DNA of 64,000 bases from Candidatus Microgenomates bacterium. Lineage in GTDB: Bacteria; Patescibacteriota; Microgenomatia; UBA8517. The stretch covers positions 3,479 to 67,478 of the forward strand of contig JBEKQV010000002.1 in assembly GCA_049519355.1 (NCBI GenBank), in the 5' to 3' direction. This document shows positions 50,232-59,183 of the stretch, piece after piece. Position numbers and translations under genes: made by a program. The notes under the pieces are model-generated. The model searched no databases, was not told the DNA's origin, and worked only from the letters and a program-made list of their open reading frames with translations. The first letter of the stretch is position 1. Each line of letters opens with the position of its first letter.

Positions 50232-51227
50232 TTACTTAAGATTTTCGTTGAAGAACTTAAGATTGTTTTCCACTACTTCATTCCAATTTGGTCTCATATT
50301 ATGATCGTTTCCCGGGTATTTGATATACGTAGCCGAAACGGTCGCCTCTTTTAGGCTTTGAGCGAGCTGGTCACTCCAAAAATACGGAACTTCGGTATCG
50401 GCCGTGCCCTGGTTGAGTTGAATCGTAGCCTTAATTTTAGTTAAGTAATTGGTAAGCGAGAATAAATTTGCATCATACGTATCCTCAAACGCGGCGAGCT
50501 GGGCAATTAAAAACTTTCCTTGGTCGTCGGATTCGTTTGTGTAAACAAGTACGGAATTCGGAAAAGGTCTGGAAACGGGAGCCCAAAGGGCTGTTGGATA
50601 GGTGACGCCGGTAATTTCCAGAGTGGTTAGGGCAATTTGCCCGCCGTTGCTGTGCGCCCAGACGAAAATATTTTTACCGTCCCAGTTTTTTATTGAGTTG
50701 ACCGATTTTAAAACTGAGGCTGCCGTAACATATGTTTGGAAGCGCGATTCAAAAGCATCGTTTGACGCCGGAGTGCTATCCGCATAACCTAGGAAATCCG
50801 GTGCAACCGTAATAAAACCGTTCTCCGCAAAAACCGTAGCCGCCGGTTGGGTTCCCTCCCCGATCGTATATTGATTTTGGTCAACATAGCCCCGATACAT
50901 GACTATTACGGGGAAAGTTCCTGTGCCTTTCGGAATATTAATAATTCCCGATGTGGTTTTCAAATTGTCAGAAAAGTCGGGTGAAAATGCAAGTGAAAAT
51001 TCATAAGAAGTGAACTTGGGGTTATCGCTGAGTAGTTTTCCGATAACTATCTGGGAAGGTTTGAAGGATGCAGTTGACAGGTTTTCGATCGAGTACTTAA
51101 GAAGCGGGGTGGGTTTAATTTGGCTCAACGGGTTTGAGTTTTTGGGTAAATGGTATGCAGTATTTGCAAACCAGCCGATAAGGGCAAATACAATCGCAAT
51201 CAGCAAATAATTCAAGAGGTTCCTCAC
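50232..51227 (-). CDS. secreted alpha/beta-hydrolase (esterase/lipase-like)
   Basis: Signal anchor and a nucleophile elbow, WAHSNGG (GxSxG-type). Confidence 0.55.
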   Translation of the reverse strand: MRNLLNYLLIAIVFALIGWFANTAYHLPKNSNPLSQIKPTPLLKYSIENLSTASFKPSQIVIGKLLSDNPKFTSYEFSLAFSPDFSDNLKTTSGIINIPKGTGTFPVIVMYRGYVDQNQYTIGEGTQPAATVFAENGFITVAPDFLGYADSTPASNDAFESRFQTYVTAASVLKSVNSIKNWDGKNIFVWAHSNGGQIALTTLEITGVTYPTALWAPVSRPFPNSVLVYTNESDDQGKFLIAQLAAFEDTYDANLFSLTNYLTKIKATIQLNQGTADTEVPYFWSDQLAQSLKEATVSATYIKYPGNDHNMRPNWNEVVENNLKFFNENLK

Positions 51228-51247
51228 AAATATATTCTACTCTTTAG

Positions 51248-51592
51248 TTAAGATTTCTTCTCAACTTTGGCTTTTTCTGCGTTTAGTATTCCCATAGCCG
51301 TTAAGCCCGCCTCGACGATTTCTCTAAACTCATTCTTCCCATTTTCATCCTGTATGGCCGGAAGTTGCAGCTTACCGTCACGCATTTTTTCGAAAACAAT
51401 TTCACCTTCGCCTGTCTTGTACATTGTTACAACGCCTCCATCATGAGTTTCCATCTTAAAGACGGGTTCCCAATTCTCTCGGACACCGGGTTTGATAACC
51501 ATATCAACTATTCTTACACGCCCGGTTTTACCTTCTTGTGTTTCCCCGTCCGTTATCGCAATCAGACTATACCATTTCGACTCGTTTGTCAT
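51248..51592 (-). CDS. hypothetical protein
   Basis: 114-aa ORF. No family recognised. Confidence 0.4.
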   Translation of the reverse strand: MTNESKWYSLIAITDGETQEGKTGRVRIVDMVIKPGVRENWEPVFKMETHDGGVVTMYKTGEGEIVFEKMRDGKLQLPAIQDENGKNEFREIVEAGLTAMGILNAEKAKVEKKS

Positions 51593-51672
51593 ACCGCTAT
51601 TATAGCATAAATGATACGGAAAGATGTAGTTAGTAGTCTTGACTTCGTATTTTATTCGGGTTAAAAGTAGAT

Positions 51673-51906
51673 ATGGCGGAAGTCATTGATGAAAAAGTAG
51701 TTGTCGGAATGAGTGATTCTCCAAAATGGGTTAAGTGGAAGAATAGAATCCATCAGATCGACAAAGTGGGACTTCATTATACATTCCGCGAAGGTCGCAT
51801 TCTTTATCATATGTTTTCCGTTTCCACCAATACCCTGGCCATGAAACTTAGGTTTGATACGGAAACACTGGCTTGGAAATTAATGGAGGTGGAAAGTGGA
51901 ATTTAA
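51673..51906 (+). CDS. small hypothetical protein translationally coupled to the Y-family polymerase gene
   Basis: 77 aa. Its stop overlaps the dinB-like start by 11 nt. TTGACT promoter-like element upstream. Confidence 0.4.
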   Translation: MAEVIDEKVVVGMSDSPKWVKWKNRIHQIDKVGLHYTFREGRILYHMFSVSTNTLAMKLRFDTETLAWKLMEVESGI

Positions 51907-53143
51907 TTCGGCTCCTTCGACAATCATGCACATTGATCTTAATTCCTGCTTTGCCTCAATTGAACAACAGGCAAACCCATTTTTAAGAGGAAAGCCTGTT
52001 GCCGTTGCTGCTTTTACCTCTCCCGGCGGATGCATTTTGGCGGCTTCGGTCGAGGCAAAAAGATTGGGGATTAAAACCGGCCTTAGAGTCCGTGACGGCA
52101 GGGCAATTTATCCGAAGCTCATTGTTTTACCGCCGGACCCCTGGAAATACAGGAATGTCCACCTAAGCTTGCGGAGACTGATTTCGGATTACACAAGCGA
52201 TTTTGTTCCGAAATCTATCGATGAATTTGTTTTAAATATGAAAGACTACCCCAAACTCATAAAAGGAAATATGAAGAATATCGGAATGGAAATAAAGACC
52301 AGAATTAAGGCTGAAATCGGTGAATGGCTGACAGTAAACGTCGGAATCGCACCGAATAGGTATCTGGCCAAAGTTGCCGCGGGACTTCATAAACCCGACG
52401 GACTTGACGAGATTAACAAGAATAATTTTTTGGACATTTATTCACACCTCAAATTAACAGACCTGACCGGTATAAGGGAAAGGAATGCCGCAAGGTTAAA
52501 CGGAATGGGTATTTATTCGGTTCTGGATTTTTTTGAAGCACCGGTTTGGCGCCTCCGTGCGGCTTTTCATTCGATAAACGGCCTTTACTGGCATGTACGG
52601 CTTGGCGGCTATGAGGTTGATGATGTTGAGTTCGGAAGACGAAGCTACGGCAATTCGGTAGCTCTGGGAAAGAATATTGCCACAACTGCCGGTCTCTCCC
52701 CTGTCCTTGCCAGACTCACGGAGAAGATGTGTAGCAGATTGAGGGCCGCCGGATATAGGGCAAGCGGTATTCACCTGATGTTGGCCTACAAGAACGGTTC
52801 CTGGTGGCACAAAGGCAGGCTCCTTACCCAACCTTACTTTGATTCAAGGGATTTCTATAAGGCGGCCTTCAGACTTCTGATTGAGGCTAACCCAAACTCT
52901 CCTGTTTTGAATATTGCCGTTTCGTGTTTTGGCCTGAGCCGGGACACTTCACTGCAGTTGGGCCTTTTCGAAGATGTAGACAGGAAACGGTCTCTCGTGC
53001 AGTCGGTGGATCTGGTAAACGAAAGGTGGGGAGGATTCACCGTTACCTCCGCCAGAAGCTTCGGCGGAGCCAAAATGGTAATGGATAGAATTGCATTCGG
53101 AGGGATTAAGGAGTTGGAAGAATTCACTCTAAATCCCGCTTAG
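51896..53143 (+). CDS. dinB: Y-family DNA polymerase (DinB/Pol IV-like)
   Basis: HIDLNSCFASIE (motif I, first catalytic Asp present, second position Asn), SIDEFVL (motif III D-E), and little-finger domain. 415 aa. Confidence 0.85.
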   Translation: MEFNSAPSTIMHIDLNSCFASIEQQANPFLRGKPVAVAAFTSPGGCILAASVEAKRLGIKTGLRVRDGRAIYPKLIVLPPDPWKYRNVHLSLRRLISDYTSDFVPKSIDEFVLNMKDYPKLIKGNMKNIGMEIKTRIKAEIGEWLTVNVGIAPNRYLAKVAAGLHKPDGLDEINKNNFLDIYSHLKLTDLTGIRERNAARLNGMGIYSVLDFFEAPVWRLRAAFHSINGLYWHVRLGGYEVDDVEFGRRSYGNSVALGKNIATTAGLSPVLARLTEKMCSRLRAAGYRASGIHLMLAYKNGSWWHKGRLLTQPYFDSRDFYKAAFRLLIEANPNSPVLNIAVSCFGLSRDTSLQLGLFEDVDRKRSLVQSVDLVNERWGGFTVTSARSFGGAKMVMDRIAFGGIKELEEFTLNPA

Positions 53144-53608
53144 AGTAACGGGGTCTCCCACTTTGATTGAATTTGTATCGGAAAACCCGCCGTTTACCTC
53201 CAAAACGTAATCGATCGGCTCACCCGCCGTATAAGTTTTAAGGTTGGCATCCGGAGTTCCCGGAGCGGGAAACGGAACATTTTTATCTATTCGTACGACT
53301 CTTCCTCCTCCTATCCAGATAAAATCCAGTGGAATTAGCATATCTTTCATCCAAAAAATGGGGGTAACGGCTTTTGTCTCAAAGACGAAAAGCATACCAC
53401 TATCCGCCGCCAAAGAAGACCTTCCGGATAGCCCTTGTGCACGCTCGGCGGGTGTATCCGCAACTTCGACGTTTATAGCCTTGCTGGCGATAGTGACTGT
53501 TTTTTGAACCTGCCCGGGGTTTGTATTCTGGGTTTTTTGGAAAAATACACCTACTATTACAATAAATGCTATAACGCCCAGGAAAGGAAGAAGGAGATTT
53601 TTAATCAT
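53129..53608 (-). CDS. DUF192-family protein (COG1430)
   Basis: Signal anchor plus GLSGR....GMLFVF.....FWMKDM.IPLD.IW typical of DUF192. Confidence 0.7.
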   Translation of the reverse strand: MIKNLLLPFLGVIAFIVIVGVFFQKTQNTNPGQVQKTVTIASKAINVEVADTPAERAQGLSGRSSLAADSGMLFVFETKAVTPIFWMKDMLIPLDFIWIGGGRVVRIDKNVPFPAPGTPDANLKTYTAGEPIDYVLEVNGGFSDTNSIKVGDPVTLSGI

Positions 53609-53751
53609 TTTAGAAATCTTAGAAAGACAAACAGCGCTGCAATAAAAACCAAAACCGGTATTGACATAAAAAGTAGGTGCTCAAAGTAGGATCTGTTGGT
53701 TTTATGAAGATGAATACGCACGCTTTCCATCCATTCATACTAGCATATTGC

Positions 53752-54249
53752 CTAAATTTTTAGAACTCTTGAAATCCAGGCTTTTGGCCTGAATTCAACA
53801 AGATAAAGTGCGATTATGAGGCCGGCAATAAAGTAGAAAAAATCAAACGCGCCACGGTGAATTATTATATTAACCATTTGAAAAGGAGCCAAAATAATAG
53901 TTAGTCCTACAAGCAGATCGACTCCCCAATTTTGCTTATAGATTAAACCGATTGCACCTGCAATTTTGGCAGCTCCCAGGATAAGAAGGTAAATTACCAG
54001 ATAGGTGTTATGCGTGAGGAGATTCGGAACAACTCCTACACTTAAGTTTGCCAATAAGTCATGAGGATCTTCAGAAAGCTCTTTTATCATACCCGCTTGG
54101 TATACCTGGTAAATAGTCGAGCCGTAGAAGACCAAGACTAGTCCCGAAAGTAGTTCGGCAAGCCCTAAAACAAACTTATAAACAATAATGTAGACGGAAA
54201 TATGGAACTCTTTTTCGATTTTTTCCTCATCACTTTTCAGTTTCGTCAC
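53752..54249 (-). CDS. integral membrane protein (DUF2127-like)
   Basis: Four predicted TM helices. Family call is tentative. Confidence 0.5.
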   Translation of the reverse strand: MTKLKSDEEKIEKEFHISVYIIVYKFVLGLAELLSGLVLVFYGSTIYQVYQAGMIKELSEDPHDLLANLSVGVVPNLLTHNTYLVIYLLILGAAKIAGAIGLIYKQNWGVDLLVGLTIILAPFQMVNIIIHRGAFDFFYFIAGLIIALYLVEFRPKAWISRVLKI

Positions 54250-54252
54250 GGC

Positions 54253-54338
54253 GGTGCCGGGGACAGGAATCGAACCTGCACGCCTTTAAGGGGCACTAGG
54301 TCCTAAACCTAGCGTGTATACCGTTTCACCACCCCGGC
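54253..54338 (-). tRNA. tRNA-Leu (anticodon UAG)
   Basis: Manual fold gives acceptor GCCGGGG/CCCCGGC, 3-bp D-stem with a large loop, anticodon loop UUUAGGA, long variable arm, T-loop UUCGAUU, and A73. Confidence 0.85.
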
Positions 54339-54343
54339 CTAGC

Positions 54344-54868
54344 TTAGATTATATCAAAGTTTAGCGGGAGCGTATCTATTTGAGATACGAAATATTTTAC
54401 GTTGCCTCCCCATGTGGTAGATGGAGGCGCATACCTTTTTGCGATTTGTGGGATTGAAACGGCGCCCCTGTCGATGTAATTGGCCTTCAATGTTGAAGAG
54501 ACAACGTTTATGGAATCGGGCCAAGACTTAAAAGTATAGTCGCCGTTTACCCACCCATAGGCGTTATATGAATTTGACGGAATAAATTTACCGAATGTGG
54601 ATTCCACTCCTGAAATGGCGGGAACGAGACGGTAGTCAAGCCCGTTTTCGTCAGCGTAAGCAACAATATCCTGTGCGTATGGCGCAAGAGGTGAATCGTA
54701 TTTTTCCAGAAATACCGTAAGATTTTCCACACGATAGTCGAACCCGGTTGATTCAGATTGGGTTTTAAGGGATGCCGAAGAGTCGGACTCGTTTTGAGCA
54801 TAGACTCTCCCGGCGCCGATTAACGAAAGCGTCGAAATAATTAGGGTAATTGTAATAAGTTTATTCAT
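54344..54868 (-). CDS. secreted peptidoglycan-hydrolase-like protein (glucosaminidase/FlgJ-like motif), paralog A
   Basis: Signal peptide at the internal Met. LDYRLVPAISGVESTFGKF....YNAYGW resembles the ...A.LESGWG...NN.FGI motif of glucosaminidase/lysozyme-like families. Paralogous to 55008..55655. Confidence 0.5.
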   Translation of the reverse strand: MNKLITITLIISTLSLIGAGRVYAQNESDSSASLKTQSESTGFDYRVENLTVFLEKYDSPLAPYAQDIVAYADENGLDYRLVPAISGVESTFGKFIPSNSYNAYGWVNGDYTFKSWPDSINVVSSTLKANYIDRGAVSIPQIAKRYAPPSTTWGGNVKYFVSQIDTLPLNFDII

Positions 54869-55007
54869 ATCCTTATGTAAAAAGAAGGCCCGTCTATAAA
54901 TAGACGGGCCAAATATAAATTCCAACGCCGAGATCATGTTTCCATGCCTAAGCCTCGGAATGTACGAGTACTATAGCATAGTATTATAGGTTTGTCAACT
55001 GAAGAGG

Positions 55008-55655
55008 TTAGGGCATTTCCGTCATAAACTGGTCTACGTTATGAGCCCAGGAGCCGTTACTTTGAGGAGTGTATTTTGTCATTATATCCTCGACCGTTAC
55101 GTAGCCCTTATTCAAATAATTTTCCCTTAGACCTTCGGAAACTTGTTCGATTCCGTCCTGGTATGAAGTAAAACCAAGTGTACCTTGGCCGGTAATTCCC
55201 CAACCCCAGCAATTATAAGATCCCGGAGGAATAATTTTACAAAGGTTACTTTCCTGCTGAGCAATTGCAGTTATTAGACGGTAATCAAGCGAATACTTAT
55301 CGGCAGTTTCAACAATTAAATCTGCGAAGGGCGCAAGGGGTGAATCGTAGGATTCCATATATTGTTTGACAATTTCCGTTCTTGCGTCTGCCGATTCAAC
55401 GGACCCCGACACCGAGGGAAGTTCCATAGGAAGAGATGCATAGACTTTGACACCCGAAAGCGGCCCAACCGTTAGATTTTGAACACCTTGGTTTGTAGAA
55501 AGAACGATATTTGTAATGCTGCTTGTTTTAAGTGACACCAAAGAGAATAAGCTTATTGCGAGTGTTATCGGAGCTATTGTAAAAAAAACCACGACTAGGA
55601 CCAGATTTTTCCAGAAGCCAATATCATTATCCCTTTCAAACGGGGTAGTTTCCAT
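55008..55655 (-). CDS. membrane-anchored peptidoglycan-hydrolase-like protein, paralog B
   Basis: YDSPLAPFADLIVETADKYSLDYRLITAIAQQESNLCK....YNCWGWG is collinear with paralog A (YDSPLAPYAQDIVAYADENGLDYRLVPAISGVES). Confidence 0.5.
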   Translation of the reverse strand: METTPFERDNDIGFWKNLVLVVVFFTIAPITLAISLFSLVSLKTSSITNIVLSTNQGVQNLTVGPLSGVKVYASLPMELPSVSGSVESADARTEIVKQYMESYDSPLAPFADLIVETADKYSLDYRLITAIAQQESNLCKIIPPGSYNCWGWGITGQGTLGFTSYQDGIEQVSEGLRENYLNKGYVTVEDIMTKYTPQSNGSWAHNVDQFMTEMP

Positions 55656-55706
55656 TATTTGTCAGGATGCCACAAAAACAGTCTAAGTGTCAAGTTTTTA
55701 TGTTTA

Positions 55707-55781
55707 TGGAGCGGCGGAGCGGATTTGGACCGCCGACCTCTTCCTTGGCAAGGAAGCATTCTACCACTGAACTACCGCCGC
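55707..55781 (-). tRNA. tRNA-Gly (anticodon GCC), CCA encoded
   Basis: Acceptor GCGGCGG/CCGCCGC, U73, anticodon loop UUGCCAA. T-loop reads UCCAAAU (C at position 55). Confidence 0.85.
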
Positions 55782-55833
55782 ATAAGGCTAATGATACATC
55801 AAATTCGGCCGTAAAAAAACCCCGGTGGCACAC

Positions 55834-56526
55834 CTAATCGGTTACGGTAATTGTGGTAGGAAAGGTTTTTGTAAGATTTTTTGTTTCGTCCGTAAAAGTC
55901 ATTGTACCTTGGTAAACCCCTGCGGGAACATTTGGTGCGACTTGAAGGCCCTCCGTAATGACCTGGCCTGAAAAATTGCTACCGCTTGCCGCAGACCAGT
56001 CGATTCCTCCTTGGTAAACAGGAGTTCCGGCAAATTCGAAAGATGTTGATCCGGTGGAAGTAAACGTAAAGACAGTAACCTCATTCCAATCATTTTTTAT
56101 GGTTATATTGATCGAATCAACAGAAAATGTGTACCCTAATTGATTGGACTGAGTTGAAACTGGTGTTGTAGTGGTTTGACTATTAGAGGTACTGCTCGAA
56201 TTTGTTTGGACTGATTGACCCTGATTTCTCCAAAAAGAATTTAGATTATCACAATCGGCTTGTGTCGCTTTGGCATGTTTTCCGTCAGGGCCTATACAAT
56301 CAATAAGCGGCGCTGCGGTAGCTTTAGGAATAATTCTTTTCGGAGAAGGAGTAGCAACGTTAGATTTTGGCGTGGGCGTGACTAAGGAAGTTGGTAAAGA
56401 TGTTGATTGTGTAGTCATTCGGACATTCGATTTGTAATTTTTATAAGCAAAATATCCGACAACGGCAAACGAAGCCAGAATTATAAGCATAAGAATAGGT
56501 ATAAAACCTTTGGAGTTCCTTTTCAT
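55834..56526 (-). CDS. secreted hypothetical protein (signal anchor, Thr/Ser-rich)
   Basis: 230 aa with an N-terminal TM helix and a conserved Cys pair. No family recognised. Confidence 0.45.
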   Translation of the reverse strand: MKRNSKGFIPILMLIILASFAVVGYFAYKNYKSNVRMTTQSTSLPTSLVTPTPKSNVATPSPKRIIPKATAAPLIDCIGPDGKHAKATQADCDNLNSFWRNQGQSVQTNSSSTSNSQTTTTPVSTQSNQLGYTFSVDSINITIKNDWNEVTVFTFTSTGSTSFEFAGTPVYQGGIDWSAASGSNFSGQVITEGLQVAPNVPAGVYQGTMTFTDETKNLTKTFPTTITVTD

Positions 56527-56770
56527 AGTTTAATGATAGCAGTTACAAAATCTATAGTAAAAAGATGTGTGCCGAGAACGGTGCTGTACTCGAACACATT
56601 CGACCTGCTTAATTCTAGCAAATCCGAGACTGAAACACTAGCTTTACAACTCCAATTACTTAATAGTCATTCACAATTAATATCTGTTAGGTAAAAGAAA
56701 GGAAAGTATTTTTCTTTTAACCCCATAGGTACTATGATAAAAAAGATAAACATTAAATTTTGAATCTCCC

Positions 56771-58192
56771 ATGCCTGCCTTTTTAAACAAATTTATTAAA
56801 ACCAAGCTCTTTCCGATTTTGATTTTTTGTTTGGCTCTGTTTTTGAGGATTTATCATTTAAATCTAATTTACACATTTACAGCTGATGAAGAATACCAAA
56901 CTGATATTGCGATGACACTGGTCAAGCACCTTCACCTTATTTGGATTGGGGTAAATGCAGCCAATACGGGTTTTTATTTAGGCCCATTTTGGAGCTATTT
57001 TACAGCATTTTGGTTATTTTTATCACACGGGGATCCTCTAATTACTGCATATGTGGCTGCAATAATAGGAGCCATTACATGTGCTGTTATATTCTACGTT
57101 GGTTCTAAAATGTTTTCTTTCAGGGTGGGTCTAGTTACATCAATTCTATATGCCTGCTTACCTTTAATCGTATTTTTCGACCAGAAATACTGGAATCCGA
57201 CAACGGTACCTTTGTTAGCTGTCACGATGCTTTACTCGTTGTATAAGGTCAAGGATAATCAAAAATTTTGGTTGCTATTTGCACTAGCTTACGGATTAGT
57301 ATTTCATGCACACCTTTCGCTTGTTCCTTTTATTGTTCTTGCACTATATCAATTAAGGAAAGGAATAAAAATTAAGGTATTCGCTCAATCGGCCTTGGTA
57401 TTTATATTGACAATATCGCCCCTTATCGTGTTTGACTATTTTCATAAGTGGAGCAATATCACAACGATTCTGAGGCTTAAACAAATTGCTTCGGCTATGC
57501 ACCCAAGTTCTTTTTCAAAAATGCAATCATTGGCAGAATCTATAATGCGTTTGTGGTATCTCAATCCCCATACAATAACTGCAAACGAAATATTATTTAT
57601 ATGCTCAAAATATAGAAGCTTTCCATCGCTAGTTTCCTTACCATTCATAATACTTATTTTGATATTTTTTTTCACAAAAAATACCTGGCTTAAGGAAAAT
57701 TCAAGGATTCTAGCTCTCGGAATATTATTGATCGCTTCAAGCTATGTATTTTTTCCTGAAAGCTCTTCCGAATATTATCTCTTAGGATTATTTCCATTGC
57801 TGTTATTTATTCCTGGTATTATTTGGAATAAATATATTAGCCCCTTACTGATCGTGATTATCTGTAGTCTCGGCATTTTTAGTGTTTTGACTGCATACAA
57901 TCCTTATGGATTATCTGTAAAAAAAGAAATTGTTTCTTCGGTAATGTCAAAAATTGGAAATAAGACTTATGAATTAAATGAAGAAGGGGTGTGTCATAAA
58001 TATGAGGGCTGGAGGTACCTTTTCGCCACGTATGGAAAGGCACCAGAAAGATCAAATATCGATTCAAATTTTGGATGGCTGTATCCCAACGAAATTCATA
58101 ATGGACCCGTAAATTATTCTGTAACCATAACTGGTCATGACACAAATCCCTTAGGATTTAGCACGCAAATCTTAAAGAACTCTAATAAATAA
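56771..58192 (+). CDS. GT-C-fold membrane glycosyltransferase (GT39/PMT_2/ArnT-like)
   Basis: About 11 TM helices. An early periplasmic-loop FTADEEYQ (DE motif) is typical of PMT/ArnT-family glycosyltransferases. Confidence 0.6.
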   Translation: MPAFLNKFIKTKLFPILIFCLALFLRIYHLNLIYTFTADEEYQTDIAMTLVKHLHLIWIGVNAANTGFYLGPFWSYFTAFWLFLSHGDPLITAYVAAIIGAITCAVIFYVGSKMFSFRVGLVTSILYACLPLIVFFDQKYWNPTTVPLLAVTMLYSLYKVKDNQKFWLLFALAYGLVFHAHLSLVPFIVLALYQLRKGIKIKVFAQSALVFILTISPLIVFDYFHKWSNITTILRLKQIASAMHPSSFSKMQSLAESIMRLWYLNPHTITANEILFICSKYRSFPSLVSLPFIILILIFFFTKNTWLKENSRILALGILLIASSYVFFPESSSEYYLLGLFPLLLFIPGIIWNKYISPLLIVIICSLGIFSVLTAYNPYGLSVKKEIVSSVMSKIGNKTYELNEEGVCHKYEGWRYLFATYGKAPERSNIDSNFGWLYPNEIHNGPVNYSVTITGHDTNPLGFSTQILKNSNK

Positions 58193-58286
58193 CTTCCGAA
58201 CTAATTTATTAAGTTGGTGGTTAGCTCGAACAAATTTAGCTTCAAAAAACTGTAAGATGAATTTTGTGGTAATAAATTGAACTTAG

Positions 58287-58360
58287 TGCCGAGAGGCTGA
58301 GTCGAACAGCCATTTGACGCTCTTCAGGCGCCCGCCTTGACCACCTTGGCTATCTCGGCA
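58287..58360 (-). tRNA. tRNA-Phe (anticodon GAA)
   Basis: Acceptor GCCGAGA/UCUCGGC, A73, anticodon loop CUGAAGA, T-arm GGCUG-UUCGACU-CAGCC. Confidence 0.85.
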
Positions 58361-58372
58361 AAAATCTCACAG

Positions 58373-58446
58373 TGGACGCTGAGGGTCTCGAACCCCCGAC
58401 CTCATCGATGTAAACGATGCGCTCTAGCCAACTGAGCTAAGCGTCC
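58373..58446 (-). tRNA. tRNA-Val (anticodon UAC)
   Basis: Acceptor GGACGCU/AGCGUCC, anticodon loop UUUACAU. The first 19 nt match tRNA-Val(GAC) at 46355. Confidence 0.85.
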
Positions 58447-58452
58447 TTAAAG

Positions 58453-58533
58453 TGCACCCGGAGAGACTCGAACTCTCACGCCTTTCGGCGTAGCTCCTCA
58501 AGCTACCGCGTATGCCAATTCCGCCACGGGTGC
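58453..58533 (-). tRNA. tRNA-Leu (anticodon GAG)
   Basis: Acceptor GCACCCG/CGGGUGC, anticodon loop UUGAGGA, long variable arm, T-arm GAGAG-UUCGAGU-CUCUC, and A73. Confidence 0.85.
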
Positions 58534-58544
58534 GCGATTTTATG

Positions 58545-58626
58545 TGCAGGTGGGAGGATTTGAACCTCCATGGGTTGCCCCACACGGCCCTGAACCGTGC
58601 GCGTCTGCCAATTCCGCCACATCTGC
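58545..58626 (-). tRNA. tRNA-Leu (anticodon CAG)
   Basis: Acceptor GCAGAUG/CACCUGC with one A:C mismatch, anticodon loop UUCAGGG, long variable arm, T-arm GGAGG-UUCAAAU-CCUCC. Confidence 0.8.
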
Positions 58627-58650
58627 AATTATATCAGAGTTCAGATCAAG

Positions 58651-58722
58651 TGCCCTTGGACAGAATCGAACTGTCATCTCCTCCTTAGAAGGGAGATGCT
58701 CTATCCGTTGAGCTACAAGGGC
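58651..58722 (-). tRNA. tRNA-Arg (anticodon UCU)
   Basis: Acceptor GCCCUUG/CAAGGGC, D-arm GCUC-AACGGAUA-GAGC, anticodon loop CUUCUAA, T-arm GACAG-UUCGAUU-CUGUC. Confidence 0.85.
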
Positions 58723-58767
58723 ATGAAACACACTATTTTATCATTTCTGCTTCAAAATGGTGAAGGA

Positions 58768-59109
58768 TCAAATAATTTCCGAAGCTTTTTTAAAGTTTTT
58801 ACTCGCACGAAGTTCATTAAAGATCTTGCATGGCTCGACTATCCTTACATCGGTAATTTTATAAAAAATGTTTTTGCCCTGCCTTCTTGTTGTGACCAAG
58901 CCAACATATCTTAAGTAAGCCATGTGCTGGGAAGTGTTTGATTTTCTTGTTCCCAGAGTTCTTGAAAGATCGTTTACAGTAGCTTCTTTATCGGCAATTA
59001 TATTTAATATTTCAAGGCGCTTTGGGTTTGACATCACTTTATAAAGTTCAGCGTTTTTCCTGTAAACCTCTTTGCTATATGGGGATTTTAATTTTTCGGT
59101 ATTTTTCAT
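58768..59109 (-). CDS. ArsR/SmtB-family transcriptional regulator
   Basis: Winged HTH. NPKRLEILNII...ATVNDLSRTLGTRKSNTSQHMAYLRYVGLV matches the ArsR signature. Confidence 0.8.
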   Translation of the reverse strand: MKNTEKLKSPYSKEVYRKNAELYKVMSNPKRLEILNIIADKEATVNDLSRTLGTRKSNTSQHMAYLRYVGLVTTRRQGKNIFYKITDVRIVEPCKIFNELRASKNFKKASEII

Positions 59110-59183
59110 AAATTATATTTGGGAACTTAATTATATAAGTGATTTCTGCTTAGTCAAATTAATTGCTACAATGGATATTTGAA

